64,000 nt of DNA from a virus. Taxonomy: Duplodnaviria; Caudoviricetes. The notes under the pieces are model-generated. The model searched no databases. It saw only the letters and a program-made list of their open reading frames with translations, and was not told the origin of the DNA. Both the position numbers and the translations under genes were made by a program. The stretch is from positions 160,001 to 224,000 of IMG/VR virus record IMGVR_UViG_3300014205_000172; one strand, written 5' to 3'. Each line of letters opens with the position of its first letter. The stretch's first letter is position 1. This document shows, one piece after another, positions 29,185 to 38,526 of the stretch.

Positions 29185-29703
29185 ATGTCAAAATTATACA
29201 TCTTCGGTGAGGATCATTCTAAGCTTAAGGAGATTACCAAGATCGATGCAAAGATCGCTAAGATCAAACCGGATTACCTTTTGCACGAATTGCTGTATGC
29301 CGATGTGGCTCTGACAAAAGAAGTCATTGAGCAAAGACTCCATCATTGTAAAGAGGGAGGTCTCTGCGACCCTCGGTTGAATAAAGACATTTATGAATTA
29401 GGGCTTGCTCATGACATTAAGTTAGTGGGCATTGATCTGGATATAGACGGACTGACCCACCTACCGCTCGCTGAGCAATTTAAACGTCGTGAACGACACA
29501 TGGTGAAGATGATCGAACGTTATCGTCTGAAGGGCACTGTGTGCGTTGTTGTTGGCGATGCACATCTGCGCACTGAGCGGTCTGCTGAGTTAGGTGACCC
29601 ATCGCCTATCCCTGCTCTCTTCGGACATATGGCGGTCATTGAACGCAGTGAGTCCGGTCGTTATTCCCCAGAATCAAAACAGCTTTCTTGGCTCGGCTGG
29701 TAA
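29185..29703 (+). CDS. ChaN/EreA/TIKI-superfamily-like protein
   Basis: IFGEDH, LHE, GID, RE..M, VVGDAHL; ends SPE...WLGW. Confidence 0.55.
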   Translation: MSKLYIFGEDHSKLKEITKIDAKIAKIKPDYLLHELLYADVALTKEVIEQRLHHCKEGGLCDPRLNKDIYELGLAHDIKLVGIDLDIDGLTHLPLAEQFKRRERHMVKMIERYRLKGTVCVVVGDAHLRTERSAELGDPSPIPALFGHMAVIERSESGRYSPESKQLSWLGW

Positions 29704-29719
29704 TAACGAGGGTTTCAAA

Positions 29720-30295
29720 ATGACGTTTGTATCATCGCGAAAGATTCCACTGATCTGTCAAACTGTTGGCGCGCTACCGGTTATCACAATGGAGAACTAT
29801 CCAAAGTGGTACGGACTTGAGGTCATCCATCCAAATGGCACTGTAGAAGATGTCGATCCAGATCTGTTGGATGAGTTGTGTGGCGATAAGCCTTTGATGG
29901 GTGACCATAACTACCATCCAGACCTATTGAAAATGGTAGCTAACAGACTTGGCGGTATTGTCGATCAGGTCTCCCTGTACACAGCCGCTGGCCGCTGGCA
30001 AGTGGAAGTTGTTGATGAGTGTAATGAATATTCATACTCGGCCATCCACCGCAATAGTTCCACTTGGGTTGAAAATACGGTCAGTGAGGAGATTGCGCAA
30101 CTCACTCTGTTTCGAATGAAGTGGCTTAGTGAAAATATGCCAGATTGCATTCAAAGCGTACGTATTCTTTACCGTCCTAATGGTACGCTTGTGCTGAATG
30201 ACGTTACAGCAACCATTTCGGATCTCGACAAGCTAGGTGTTCCTACGTCTATGTTGCAGATGTATGCCAGTAACTACTTACTAAAACCCGTATAG
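29720..30295 (+). CDS. Hypothetical protein
   Basis: GAGG RBS. Confidence 0.7.
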   Translation: MTFVSSRKIPLICQTVGALPVITMENYPKWYGLEVIHPNGTVEDVDPDLLDELCGDKPLMGDHNYHPDLLKMVANRLGGIVDQVSLYTAAGRWQVEVVDECNEYSYSAIHRNSSTWVENTVSEEIAQLTLFRMKWLSENMPDCIQSVRILYRPNGTLVLNDVTATISDLDKLGVPTSMLQMYASNYLLKPV

Positions 30296-30299
30296 GTAT

Positions 30300-30470
30300 G
30301 TAGAGAAACCGTAATGCTCGCGACCGGTTGTAAGTGGAAGCTTAGGGCAGCTGGCCAATTGCGATCACTGAAGCCGGTGCGCGAGCGCCTTATTCTAGCT
30401 TTATCCCAGCACGATACCTGCATTAGACATCAGTAGCAGAGAAAGGCTTTTCTCAGATTACTAGGTGGCA
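30300..30470 (+). ncRNA. Putative structured RNA, unit A
   Basis: Long stem gctcgcg-accggtt / agccggt-g-cgcgagc; shares motifs with unit B. Confidence 0.45.
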
Positions 30471-30472
30471 AA

Positions 30473-30898
30473 ATGTTTGATATCGTATCTGTCGCTGACC
30501 GGACTATTCGTGAAATCTATTTGGACGAAAGTCTGAAGGATGAGGAACGAGGTGCTTTAGTCATCGTGTTGGGATCGGGTCATCGATTCGAGATTTATGA
30601 CGGCCATGGTCAAAGCTGTTGTGAACATCGTTACTTGGAAACAAGCGATGATCTTTCTGCATTAGTTGGGGAGCAGTTAGTGTCTGTGGTGTGTGAATAT
30701 CACGACAATGGATCAGAGTGGGGTGACGCTCAAACCGAAGCCGCCTCTATCCATATCCGATCAGATCGCGACTCTGTCGTGGTCGGTTGCTACAACTCGA
30801 ACAACGGCTACTACGGTGGTCTTAGTCCAGTGGTTGATGTAATCGACTCCAATGGTTTTGTGATTGTGAGAGGGGCTGACTTGCAACAACCCGGTTAA
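30473..30898 (+). CDS. Conserved phage hypothetical protein (CCE...NGYYGG family)
   Basis: QSCCEHRY, NNGYYGG. Confidence 0.75.
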   Translation: MFDIVSVADRTIREIYLDESLKDEERGALVIVLGSGHRFEIYDGHGQSCCEHRYLETSDDLSALVGEQLVSVVCEYHDNGSEWGDAQTEAASIHIRSDRDSVVVGCYNSNNGYYGGLSPVVDVIDSNGFVIVRGADLQQPG

Positions 30899-30934
30899 TG
30901 CGGACCGGCGCTTCGGCGCCGACTTATTCAAGTG

Positions 30935-31185
30935 TTATGCCTGCGACCCACTAAGTAATTTCCGCCGTGCCGAAGCCTCGGGCGGGGGTGAATAGGTGAG
31001 TGTCGCGGGCGCCTAATCTGCTGCAGCAGATACTGTACTGGTACCGTATTGTGATTGTCACAGCCCCTCGTAAGGGTGAATAGGCCATATAGACATCAGG
31101 ATGATGGAAAAGACCTCGCAGACGGATGGAACATCAGTGCAGTAGCCTTTCCCATACTGGCCTGCTTCGGCAGGTCTTTATGCTG
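30935..31185 (+). ncRNA. Putative structured RNA, unit B
   Basis: gcctgcgac/gtcgcgggc multi-stem; gcctaatc/gaataggc; ends in UUCG terminator hairpin. Confidence 0.5.
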
Positions 31186-31234
31186 TAAGTATCAACTTAG
31201 ACATCTGCTTATATATCCACCAAGGGATCTTATC

Positions 31235-31933
31235 ATGAAATTTGGCTCTTATGACTTTAAACAAGTCTGTCGCAATGAAGTAGAGTCACTGCCAGAAAGT
31301 AGCGGGTTGGTACTTATCCGTGATCGGTCCGATCATCGCTTTGACGTACTCTGCGCCAATAGCTTACGGCGTCGTCTGTATCAGGCAGTTAATGGAGAAG
31401 TGGGTTCGCTTATTAAAGCACGTTATCCCATCTCTCCTGAAGATCACGTTGAGTTCTTCTACTGCTCGCTTGGGTATGTCGCTAACCTGAATGTCCACAA
31501 GTACCGGCTGCGTATGCTCCTTAAAGGCAAGCTTGTTACTCAGAACACTCATGGTACTGACGGTCGTGGTTACAAGATCAACTTGTTTACCTACCCTGAA
31601 ACGAGTGAGTACTTCATCTCGATCCAAACCATGGCGTCCAGGGAAGATCCATTGATGCGTCTGTACCGGATGCTCAATGGGAAGATTAAACAGACGCACG
31701 TAACAGGCAATCCTATTGTAATGAACTTCTCGCGAAAGCGCGGTCCCTTCAATGAGACCAACTCTTTCATTCATGAACTCCGCAAGGCTGACATCCCAAC
31801 TCTTAACGAAGCAAAACAAGCTGCACGAGAATTAGCACTAGAACTTGGCACTCAATATTTGCTCACAGCCAATGTGGTTGATCGGGCACAGTGGAAACAT
31901 CCCGGATGGGATAAGGTCGCAAAACATGCTTGA
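31235..31933 (+). CDS. Tandem degenerate GIY-YIG-like domain protein
   Basis: LPESSGLVLI...ANSLRRRL in N-half; C-half similar to the 14065 ORF. Confidence 0.5.
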   Translation: MKFGSYDFKQVCRNEVESLPESSGLVLIRDRSDHRFDVLCANSLRRRLYQAVNGEVGSLIKARYPISPEDHVEFFYCSLGYVANLNVHKYRLRMLLKGKLVTQNTHGTDGRGYKINLFTYPETSEYFISIQTMASREDPLMRLYRMLNGKIKQTHVTGNPIVMNFSRKRGPFNETNSFIHELRKADIPTLNEAKQAARELALELGTQYLLTANVVDRAQWKHPGWDKVAKHA

Positions 31934-32180
31934 CTATATCGATTACATTTGCGTTGCAATATGGCTCATTGGCGTCATTGCTTTGTTTGCTCACGAGATC
32001 TGGATCTTCTGTAAGTATCCCGAAGACTGGGATAAGCGAGACCAGGGTATTACGTACATCCCTGACTGGCAAGTGTGGCTGGTGATGGTGTGCTGGCCAG
32101 CGGTATTGCTTCTTGCATGCCTCTACGCCGTGGGCATTTATGCCTCCACCAACTATCGTCATTTGTTTAAACAAAGGTAG
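31926..32180 (+). CDS. Small membrane protein
   Basis: Two TM helices; WP motif. Confidence 0.65.
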   Translation: MLDYIDYICVAIWLIGVIALFAHEIWIFCKYPEDWDKRDQGITYIPDWQVWLVMVCWPAVLLLACLYAVGIYASTNYRHLFKQR

Positions 32181-32186
32181 TGAACA

Positions 32187-33128
32187 ATGCAAGAACAACA
32201 GAAGAAAAAATATCTCTGTATCTACCATGATAAATGCATCGACGGTTTTGGCGCGGCATGGGCGGTGCGCAAAGGACTGGTGGGTGAGGACGTGGAGTTC
32301 TTCAGCGCCGACTACGGCTGTGAAGCACCTGGCGTCACCGGCAAACATGTCATCATTGTCGACTTCAGCTACAGTGCGGACCAGTTGGTGGAAATGAGTC
32401 ATAAGGCTGAAAGTGTCCTTGTGCTCGACCATCATAAATCGGCAGCTTTGGCACTCGCATCCTTTCCGAAGTTTACGGCAGGGTGCGTTAACGACATGCA
32501 ACATGGTTCCGATCACTTCTTTGGGTACGAAACAGCATTTGCTAAACGGCGCGCCAGAGGCGAGTCCGCCATCGCATGTTGCTTCGATATGACACGCAGT
32601 GGTGCGATGCTAGCGTGGAACCATTTCTTTCCAGGTCAACAACCACCGGACATTATTCGCCATGTTCAGGATCGTGATCTGTGGCAGTTTAAGTTGGAAG
32701 GTACTCGCGAAATAACGACTGCCATCTATAGCTACCCTAGTAGTTTTGAGTTGTGGGACCACTGGGTCGCAAACTCTCTGACCAAATTCCACCTCAGGAC
32801 GGAAGGTACTGCATTACTGCGTGGACAAGCGCAGAACATTAAGGTGATGATCGATAACAATCTCGTTAAGATGATGATCGGCGGATACGCCGTTGAGGCC
32901 GTCAATGCTCCAAAGATGTACGCATCCGAGATCGGCAACATCCTAGCCAAGACTAACGATTTTGGCGTAACTTACTTCGACACACTGGAATATCGTGAGT
33001 TTAGCCTACGTGGGGAAGTGGGTAAGATCGATGTCAGTCTGGTGGCGGAGCAGTATGGTGGTGGTGGACATGTTACCTCCGCTGGCTTTAAAGTACCGCA
33101 TTCGCACAGACTCGCTTCATTAAAATGA
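32187..33128 (+). CDS. DHH/DHHA1 family phosphoesterase
   Basis: YH..CIDG, VDFS, LDHH, DRDLW, SLR, GGGGH..SAG. Confidence 0.9.
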   Translation: MQEQQKKKYLCIYHDKCIDGFGAAWAVRKGLVGEDVEFFSADYGCEAPGVTGKHVIIVDFSYSADQLVEMSHKAESVLVLDHHKSAALALASFPKFTAGCVNDMQHGSDHFFGYETAFAKRRARGESAIACCFDMTRSGAMLAWNHFFPGQQPPDIIRHVQDRDLWQFKLEGTREITTAIYSYPSSFELWDHWVANSLTKFHLRTEGTALLRGQAQNIKVMIDNNLVKMMIGGYAVEAVNAPKMYASEIGNILAKTNDFGVTYFDTLEYREFSLRGEVGKIDVSLVAEQYGGGGHVTSAGFKVPHSHRLASLK

Positions 33129-33184
33129 TGCACAACCTGCAGTTAGCCGCTGCAGGTCTTTTTTTTGTTTCTAGTGAAGGTGTC

Positions 33185-33200
33185 TACAGCAATACATTAC
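33185..33200 (+). promoter_or_regulatory. Putative early promoter
   Basis: TACAGCAATACATTAC right after a terminator. Confidence 0.6.
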
Positions 33201-33245
33201 GTAGGTGGACATCCATTTGTTATTCGTTAAACAAGGAGCTTCAAA

Positions 33246-33617
33246 TTGTCAAACTCTACCCTCATTGCACAAAACGTAGAACTGCTTTCGCGTGGAGAAT
33301 ACCGCGATGCGTTCACTAACCCCAACGTTGAGCTGTTCATCCCTGTAGATGAAACTGGGAAAACAGTTCCCTATACACAGGCTGTTCATTTCCAGTGCTG
33401 GTCAGTTGGTGAGCGTAACCCAAATATCCCTGCCCTCGTTACTCTCTCCGACCAGCTGGAAAACTGCTGGCTGAAGAAAGATTTCGATTACAAATTCGTA
33501 CCCCTGGCTCGCTGTGCCGCATATGGGTCAATTAAGATCATGGACGAATGGTTATTCAAACTCAACCGTAATGAAGCTGGCGATATTAAAGACATCGGAA
33601 ACATTACACTTTACTGA
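33246..33617 (+). CDS. Hypothetical protein
   Basis: AAGGAG RBS; TTG start. Confidence 0.65.
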   Translation: MSNSTLIAQNVELLSRGEYRDAFTNPNVELFIPVDETGKTVPYTQAVHFQCWSVGERNPNIPALVTLSDQLENCWLKKDFDYKFVPLARCAAYGSIKIMDEWLFKLNRNEAGDIKDIGNITLY

Positions 33618-33633
33618 TAAGGACTAAAGCTTC

Positions 33634-34362
33634 ATGGGTGATAAAAGTCGCATTCTCATGTTGTTCTCTGGTGGTCTTGATTCCACTTGGTTGTTGTACA
33701 ATCGAGTGAAAGAAGGACACGCTGTTGATGTATTCTACGCCAAGGGTGGTCAACCGCGACTCAAGCAAGAGTGCGAGAAGCAACACCGTGAGTTGATTAA
33801 AACCTGGATTGAAAAACACGCGCCAGAAGATAAGCCTGCTCAAATTACCGAAGTGGACCCAGGTCAGGTTGAAGTTCAATTTGGCGCGGCTAAATATGGG
33901 GCATGGAAACAAGCTATTGGCTGGATTGTAACCGCCCTGGAAGTAGTCGACCATACCAAACACGATTGCGTGGAAATCGGCTACGTGATGGGCGATGAGA
34001 TATGTCAGCATTTTCACGATATGCAAGATGCGTGGAATTCTTTGTGGAAGTTCAGTAAGGTGGGCGATCCTGTTCCACTCAACTTCCCACTACGTATCAC
34101 AAGCAAGTATGAAATCCTCAAGCAGTTACCGGGGGAGCTTTACAAGTTAACATGGGTGTGTGAACTCCCAGTTACGGGAGAGGGTGGAGGGTTGCGGGCC
34201 TGCGGGCATTGCCATGCCTGCACCACCCGTGCTGTTGAAGAACATCGCTTCTTCTTGAAGCAGGGCATGACGCTTGAAACGTTCCACACGCCAAGCGCCA
34301 AACTCATTGAAGATAAGCCTTTAAGCGATGAGTTCATGCAACTCATTAAAGATGAAAACTGA
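33634..34362 (+). CDS. QueC-like PP-loop ATPase
   Basis: FSGGLDS PP-loop; TWVC...CGHCHAC Zn site. Confidence 0.8.
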   Translation: MGDKSRILMLFSGGLDSTWLLYNRVKEGHAVDVFYAKGGQPRLKQECEKQHRELIKTWIEKHAPEDKPAQITEVDPGQVEVQFGAAKYGAWKQAIGWIVTALEVVDHTKHDCVEIGYVMGDEICQHFHDMQDAWNSLWKFSKVGDPVPLNFPLRITSKYEILKQLPGELYKLTWVCELPVTGEGGGLRACGHCHACTTRAVEEHRFFLKQGMTLETFHTPSAKLIEDKPLSDEFMQLIKDEN

Positions 34363-34369
34363 GGTGTCT

Positions 34370-35101
34370 ATGTCCATTTCGAAACGTGTAGAAGAAATCC
34401 TGTTCTTTCGTAAGTTGGACCAGATGGGTTTGACTCCGATGTGGGAATACATCTGTCGAACCAACCCGGCAAAGATCAACGCCTACCACAATACCGAACA
34501 CATGTTTGGTGTCGCTCAACTTGCTTGGAAAATTTGGAACGTTGAGGTCGGTGAGGAACAGTGCGCTTCAGACTCTGAGGATTATACGTTCCTTGAAGTC
34601 ATCATCGCTTCACTGTGGCATGATTACGATCACAGTGGCGGGTACCAGCCGGATGTTGAAAATATCTCTGACGCGCTCGCCGCGCTTGAGACCTGGCTTG
34701 ACCTCCCTGAATACAAAGACGTTGCCGATAATCTCGGTCTGTACTACGACGATGGTGGCACGCTTGAGCGTGTTCGGCAACTCATCACTGTCACCGAGTT
34801 CCCATTTATTCATGAACCTCGCTTCATGGCCGAGAAGATCATTCGGGACTCGGATCTGCTGTATAGCTTCTCTGATGCAACAGGTCCCATCCTTCACGGA
34901 CTTTATACCGAACTTGCCAATGCGGGTAAGTTCCCAGCCGAAGTAACCTTTGATCGAATGATTGAAGGACAAACCAAATTCCACGATGAGGTTCAACTGT
35001 TCACCCATACGGGACTCGCCATCCACCGCGAGTTGAAACAGATGGTCATCAAAGAACAAATCAAATACGGTCAGCAACTGCTGGCACTGGAAAAGACATG
35101 A
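34370..35101 (+). CDS. HD-domain phosphohydrolase
   Basis: YHNTEH, WHDYDH, IRDSD. Confidence 0.8.
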   Translation: MSISKRVEEILFFRKLDQMGLTPMWEYICRTNPAKINAYHNTEHMFGVAQLAWKIWNVEVGEEQCASDSEDYTFLEVIIASLWHDYDHSGGYQPDVENISDALAALETWLDLPEYKDVADNLGLYYDDGGTLERVRQLITVTEFPFIHEPRFMAEKIIRDSDLLYSFSDATGPILHGLYTELANAGKFPAEVTFDRMIEGQTKFHDEVQLFTHTGLAIHRELKQMVIKEQIKYGQQLLALEKT

Positions 35102-35541
35102 CCGACGAACAAAAGTACCCAACTCGGGAAGAATCTCAAAAGATCCTGACTGACCGCATCTCTGCGTTGGCCGAAGGTCTTGAACCTCACCTGACTCGGC
35201 GGTTGCTGATTGAAATCGCCGAAGAAGTGTTCTTGGGTGCTTACGGCATCTATCTCACTGACGAGATGAAAGAACTCCAAGACCGTGCTGATACGGATAC
35301 TACGTCTATCCAGCCGATCAATGGCGGTAAGGCTATCCTGGTCTCCCCATACGGCTTTGAGGTCGTGTCGGAAGAATCGGTAGGTCGCAATGACCAGTAT
35401 CGTGTAACGCTTCGTGAATGCACTCGTAGCCAGTTCCACACCCGTATGGGTGGCGGTATGAGCGTCGGTACTGGCAAGGTTCCTCATCTCGAACGCGGTG
35501 GTCTGTTCAAAGGCTACCGTAATAAACGTAACTCTCACTAA
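35098..35541 (+). CDS. Hypothetical protein
   Basis: ATGA overlap. Confidence 0.7.
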   Translation: MTDEQKYPTREESQKILTDRISALAEGLEPHLTRRLLIEIAEEVFLGAYGIYLTDEMKELQDRADTDTTSIQPINGGKAILVSPYGFEVVSEESVGRNDQYRVTLRECTRSQFHTRMGGGMSVGTGKVPHLERGGLFKGYRNKRNSH

Positions 35542-35551
35542 GGGCTTGAAA

Positions 35552-36577
35552 ATGGCTAAGCGTACTTTCGTTGTTGCTGTAGATCCGTTCATGGATAACT
35601 TCAGCGTACTGGGTTTGCGGCACACGCTGGCGAACGGTGATGAGGTTGTGATCCACAACACGCCAGACTTCAACATGGTCGGCGATAAGACCGTTTTCAA
35701 CTTCGATATCTTTGTGTCGGGTAAGTACAAGCAAGAACTGCTTAGCAGCATTGTCCCTAGCTGGCGCTTGGTTGAAATCCCTCGTCACGGTAAGATTGCT
35801 CAGCACTGCCTCTTGCAGCAAGCGGCAGCCGCTTATTCTGCAGGTCGAGAACGGCGCGACTTCTTCATCAACGTACCCACCTGGAAACAAGGCTGGGGTG
35901 GTCGCAATTACCCAATCCAGCCGGGTCGTATGGTTGTTAAGCCAAACGACGGCGCGCGCGGCATTGGACAGTTTGTTGTTAACACACATCTTGTCAACAT
36001 CGACGCTTTCCTCAAAAGCCTCAACATTCTTTTGGCTAGCGAATATACCGCTGAATCATTGGCTGAGTTCCTTGCCAAATATGAAGATGCGGTGACTTAC
36101 CACACAGGCAGTGAAAACAAACCGCTGGAAGGTTTGGCTACGCTCAAAGAGCAAGGTGTCATCGTCCAGACTGTGGTCGAAAACATCGGTACCGAATACC
36201 GCATCATCACCAACAAAGATTGCGAACCCACCTATGTCCAGAAGCGTCGGATTCGTGATCCAGAATCAGTATTCCCTCAGGCCACTGGTGGTGGTTCGTT
36301 GATCGACAAGGATTCCATTGTCGACATTGATGAAATGCCTGGCTGTGTCGACCGTGACATGCTCAGTTATCTGTGCCGTCATGCGATTGGGCCAATGAGT
36401 TCGATTGACCTGTTCGTTACGAACGATGGACACTGGGGCATTTTCGAGTTCTGTAACCAATTCGGTATCTCGGGTATTCCGCAAGTTATCATCCACTCCA
36501 TGCATGTTCAATTCATGGAAATGGTCGTTGATCGTTATCTTGACGCCGAAGCCTCCACCGTCCTGAAGAGCGAATAG
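35552..36577 (+). CDS. ATP-grasp fold ligase (RimK/GshB-like)
   Basis: VVKPNDGARGIG, EYRI, IDLF, IFEFCN. Confidence 0.75.
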   Translation: MAKRTFVVAVDPFMDNFSVLGLRHTLANGDEVVIHNTPDFNMVGDKTVFNFDIFVSGKYKQELLSSIVPSWRLVEIPRHGKIAQHCLLQQAAAAYSAGRERRDFFINVPTWKQGWGGRNYPIQPGRMVVKPNDGARGIGQFVVNTHLVNIDAFLKSLNILLASEYTAESLAEFLAKYEDAVTYHTGSENKPLEGLATLKEQGVIVQTVVENIGTEYRIITNKDCEPTYVQKRRIRDPESVFPQATGGGSLIDKDSIVDIDEMPGCVDRDMLSYLCRHAIGPMSSIDLFVTNDGHWGIFEFCNQFGISGIPQVIIHSMHVQFMEMVVDRYLDAEASTVLKSE

Positions 36578-36578
36578 C

Positions 36579-36896
36579 ATGGCCGAATTCTTTAGCGTCG
36601 AATCGCACAAACTGCTTGTTCTGGCGGCGTTCGTTACCATTATACTGGTGTGGTTGAAAATCAGCACAGGTCGGTATGCGGAACGTAAAGAAATGACCGA
36701 TTGGTGCGCGGCCGTTTCGGCATGCTTTGCAAAGAACGACTTCAGCTGTATTCCAAAAGGCGTACAGCTGAAAGGTATTTATCGCCGGCTCAAGATGCTA
36801 GAGAAATTCGGTATTGGTGCCGAGGTCCATTACGACAAGGAAACTCTCTACGTCAGTAAAGGCAAAGGCGATACGTGGAGCTTCGATATCTACTGA
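36579..36896 (+). CDS. Membrane-anchored hypothetical protein
   Basis: N-terminal TM helix. Confidence 0.65.
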   Translation: MAEFFSVESHKLLVLAAFVTIILVWLKISTGRYAERKEMTDWCAAVSACFAKNDFSCIPKGVQLKGIYRRLKMLEKFGIGAEVHYDKETLYVSKGKGDTWSFDIY

Positions 36897-36965
36897 GTAT
36901 TTAATGACGCAACGGAGGGCTGTATGAGCCCTCCGTCTTCTATGCTATTTAAAAGGATTCTGTAC

Positions 36966-37709
36966 ATGGCACTTTTGTCAGATCGGCAAATCAAAGAACG
37001 TTGCATGAAGCCAAGTCATTTGTTGTTGGAGAATGATGGCAAGTACAGTCCTGTAATCTCTGGCGTCACACACACGGCTGAATGTGTTGAGCAATGGGTA
37101 GTGCGTTCTTATGCGCGGCTGATTGACGCTACCCCTGAAGCGCTTAAACGCGTAGATTGGAAACCGATGATCGCGCCGTTCGAGCCGCAAGCGGTCCGAT
37201 TTATCGAAGACGTCAAGGTAATAAGCTATGGAACAAGTTCGTTCGGGTATGACATCCGGATGAAGAAAGAAGGGTTGAAGATCTTCACCAACATCAACTC
37301 GGCCATCATCGACCCTATGCGGATGTCGCCTGAAGCGTACAAAGAACCGCTCGTCCATTTCGACGAAGAGTTCAAGCTGCACTACTTCATCCTGCCGCCA
37401 AAGTCTGTAGCACTTGGCCACACCGTGGAATCGTTTGCCATCCCTCGCGATATCCTTGTGATGTGCCTGGGTAAGAGCACTTACGCTCGTGTGGCCATGA
37501 TGCCAATCGTTACCCCACTGGAACCTGAGTGGGAAGGCGAACTTGTGTTGGAGATCGCTAACCTTGTAGAACTACCGATGCGTATCTACCTGGAAACCGG
37601 CATTGCCCAGCTGTTGTTCCTCCAAGGTAACGAGCCTTGCGAAGTCAGCTATAAAGATCGTGGTGGTAAGTACATGGGTCAAACGGGGACTCAAGATGCG
37701 ATACTTTAA
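36966..37709 (+). CDS. dcd: dCTP deaminase
   Basis: ISYGTSSFGYD, GKSTYAR, TPLEPEWEG.L.LE, IAQ, KYMGQ. Confidence 0.92.
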   Translation: MALLSDRQIKERCMKPSHLLLENDGKYSPVISGVTHTAECVEQWVVRSYARLIDATPEALKRVDWKPMIAPFEPQAVRFIEDVKVISYGTSSFGYDIRMKKEGLKIFTNINSAIIDPMRMSPEAYKEPLVHFDEEFKLHYFILPPKSVALGHTVESFAIPRDILVMCLGKSTYARVAMMPIVTPLEPEWEGELVLEIANLVELPMRIYLETGIAQLLFLQGNEPCEVSYKDRGGKYMGQTGTQDAIL

Positions 37710-38037
37710 ATTTGCCCTTTTCATCTGTGCAATTTATCTGTGTGGGGCGTTTGTCTCAGGTGGTTTCAACCCTGAGCACTGGGATTCCTTTTGGAAACTG
37801 GTCCTTGTAATTATCGCCGTGACTGGCGGTTTGATCTACGTAAGGAATGTTCCATGAACGTAGCTGTAGGTAGTTTATGTATTGGGGTTTTTCTGTATTT
37901 CGCCATTGCGTTTATCCTTATGGAAGGCGATATGCGTAGGTGGCCTATACTGGGTAGGGCGGTTTGGGTAGTTCTCGAACTTGCAGTTTTCTTTACCCTG
38001 ATTATTAAATTCTGAAGATTAGCGAAGGAAGTTCACT

Positions 38038-38490
38038 ATGATCACAATCGAATTTAAACCGCCAGTCAGGTCAAGTTTGGCCCTCGTCCGTGATGGGAAT
38101 ATCGAAAACTGGCGTTCTTTTGAAAAGCGCTGTCGGCGTGACCCTATCGGTATCGAATACATCGAGGAGCTGTCTAACGGCATGTGGTCCAACTCGCGTA
38201 TTGCGTACATTGATGAGAATCGTGTCTGCGGCAGGTTTGTTAGTATCGAGTTGAACGAACTCAAAGGTACCGCTTCGGCGATCATCGAACCGTATGGTCC
38301 CTTAAAGCCAGTGCTGGAAGCACACATCGCTAATATTAAGGATGTCAAAGAACTGGTCTTCCTTATCCGTGGTGGTCTCAACCACATCGTCACGTATGAC
38401 TACATGGGTCCACGAGCCATGTACGAACAGAAGCGTGCGGCACTGAGGGAAGCTCAGCAAAAGAATCGCGATACGTGGTGGGCTCGGTAA
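38038..38490 (+). CDS. Second degenerate prohead-protease-like protein
   Basis: RIAYIDENRVCG, IEPYGP, FLIRG, IVTYD; aligns with 5502-5972. Confidence 0.55.
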   Translation: MITIEFKPPVRSSLALVRDGNIENWRSFEKRCRRDPIGIEYIEELSNGMWSNSRIAYIDENRVCGRFVSIELNELKGTASAIIEPYGPLKPVLEAHIANIKDVKELVFLIRGGLNHIVTYDYMGPRAMYEQKRAALREAQQKNRDTWWAR

Positions 38491-38526
38491 CACCGTTATA
38501 TGAAATAAACTGAAAGGGATGCCGTC

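Noticed and set aside
30872-30930. GGGGCTGA resembling a tmRNA 5' end
   Set aside because: Lies inside a coding 3' end; no tag ORF, T-arm or CCA end found.
31055-31234. N-terminal extension of the 31055-31933 ORF
   Set aside because: Overlaps structured RNA and a terminator; ATG 31235 has an RBS.
33634-34362. Canonical queC or 7-deazaguanine DNA-modification pathway
   Set aside because: The usual VPxRN motif is missing and no folE, queD, queE or dpdA is in the window; left as QueC-like.
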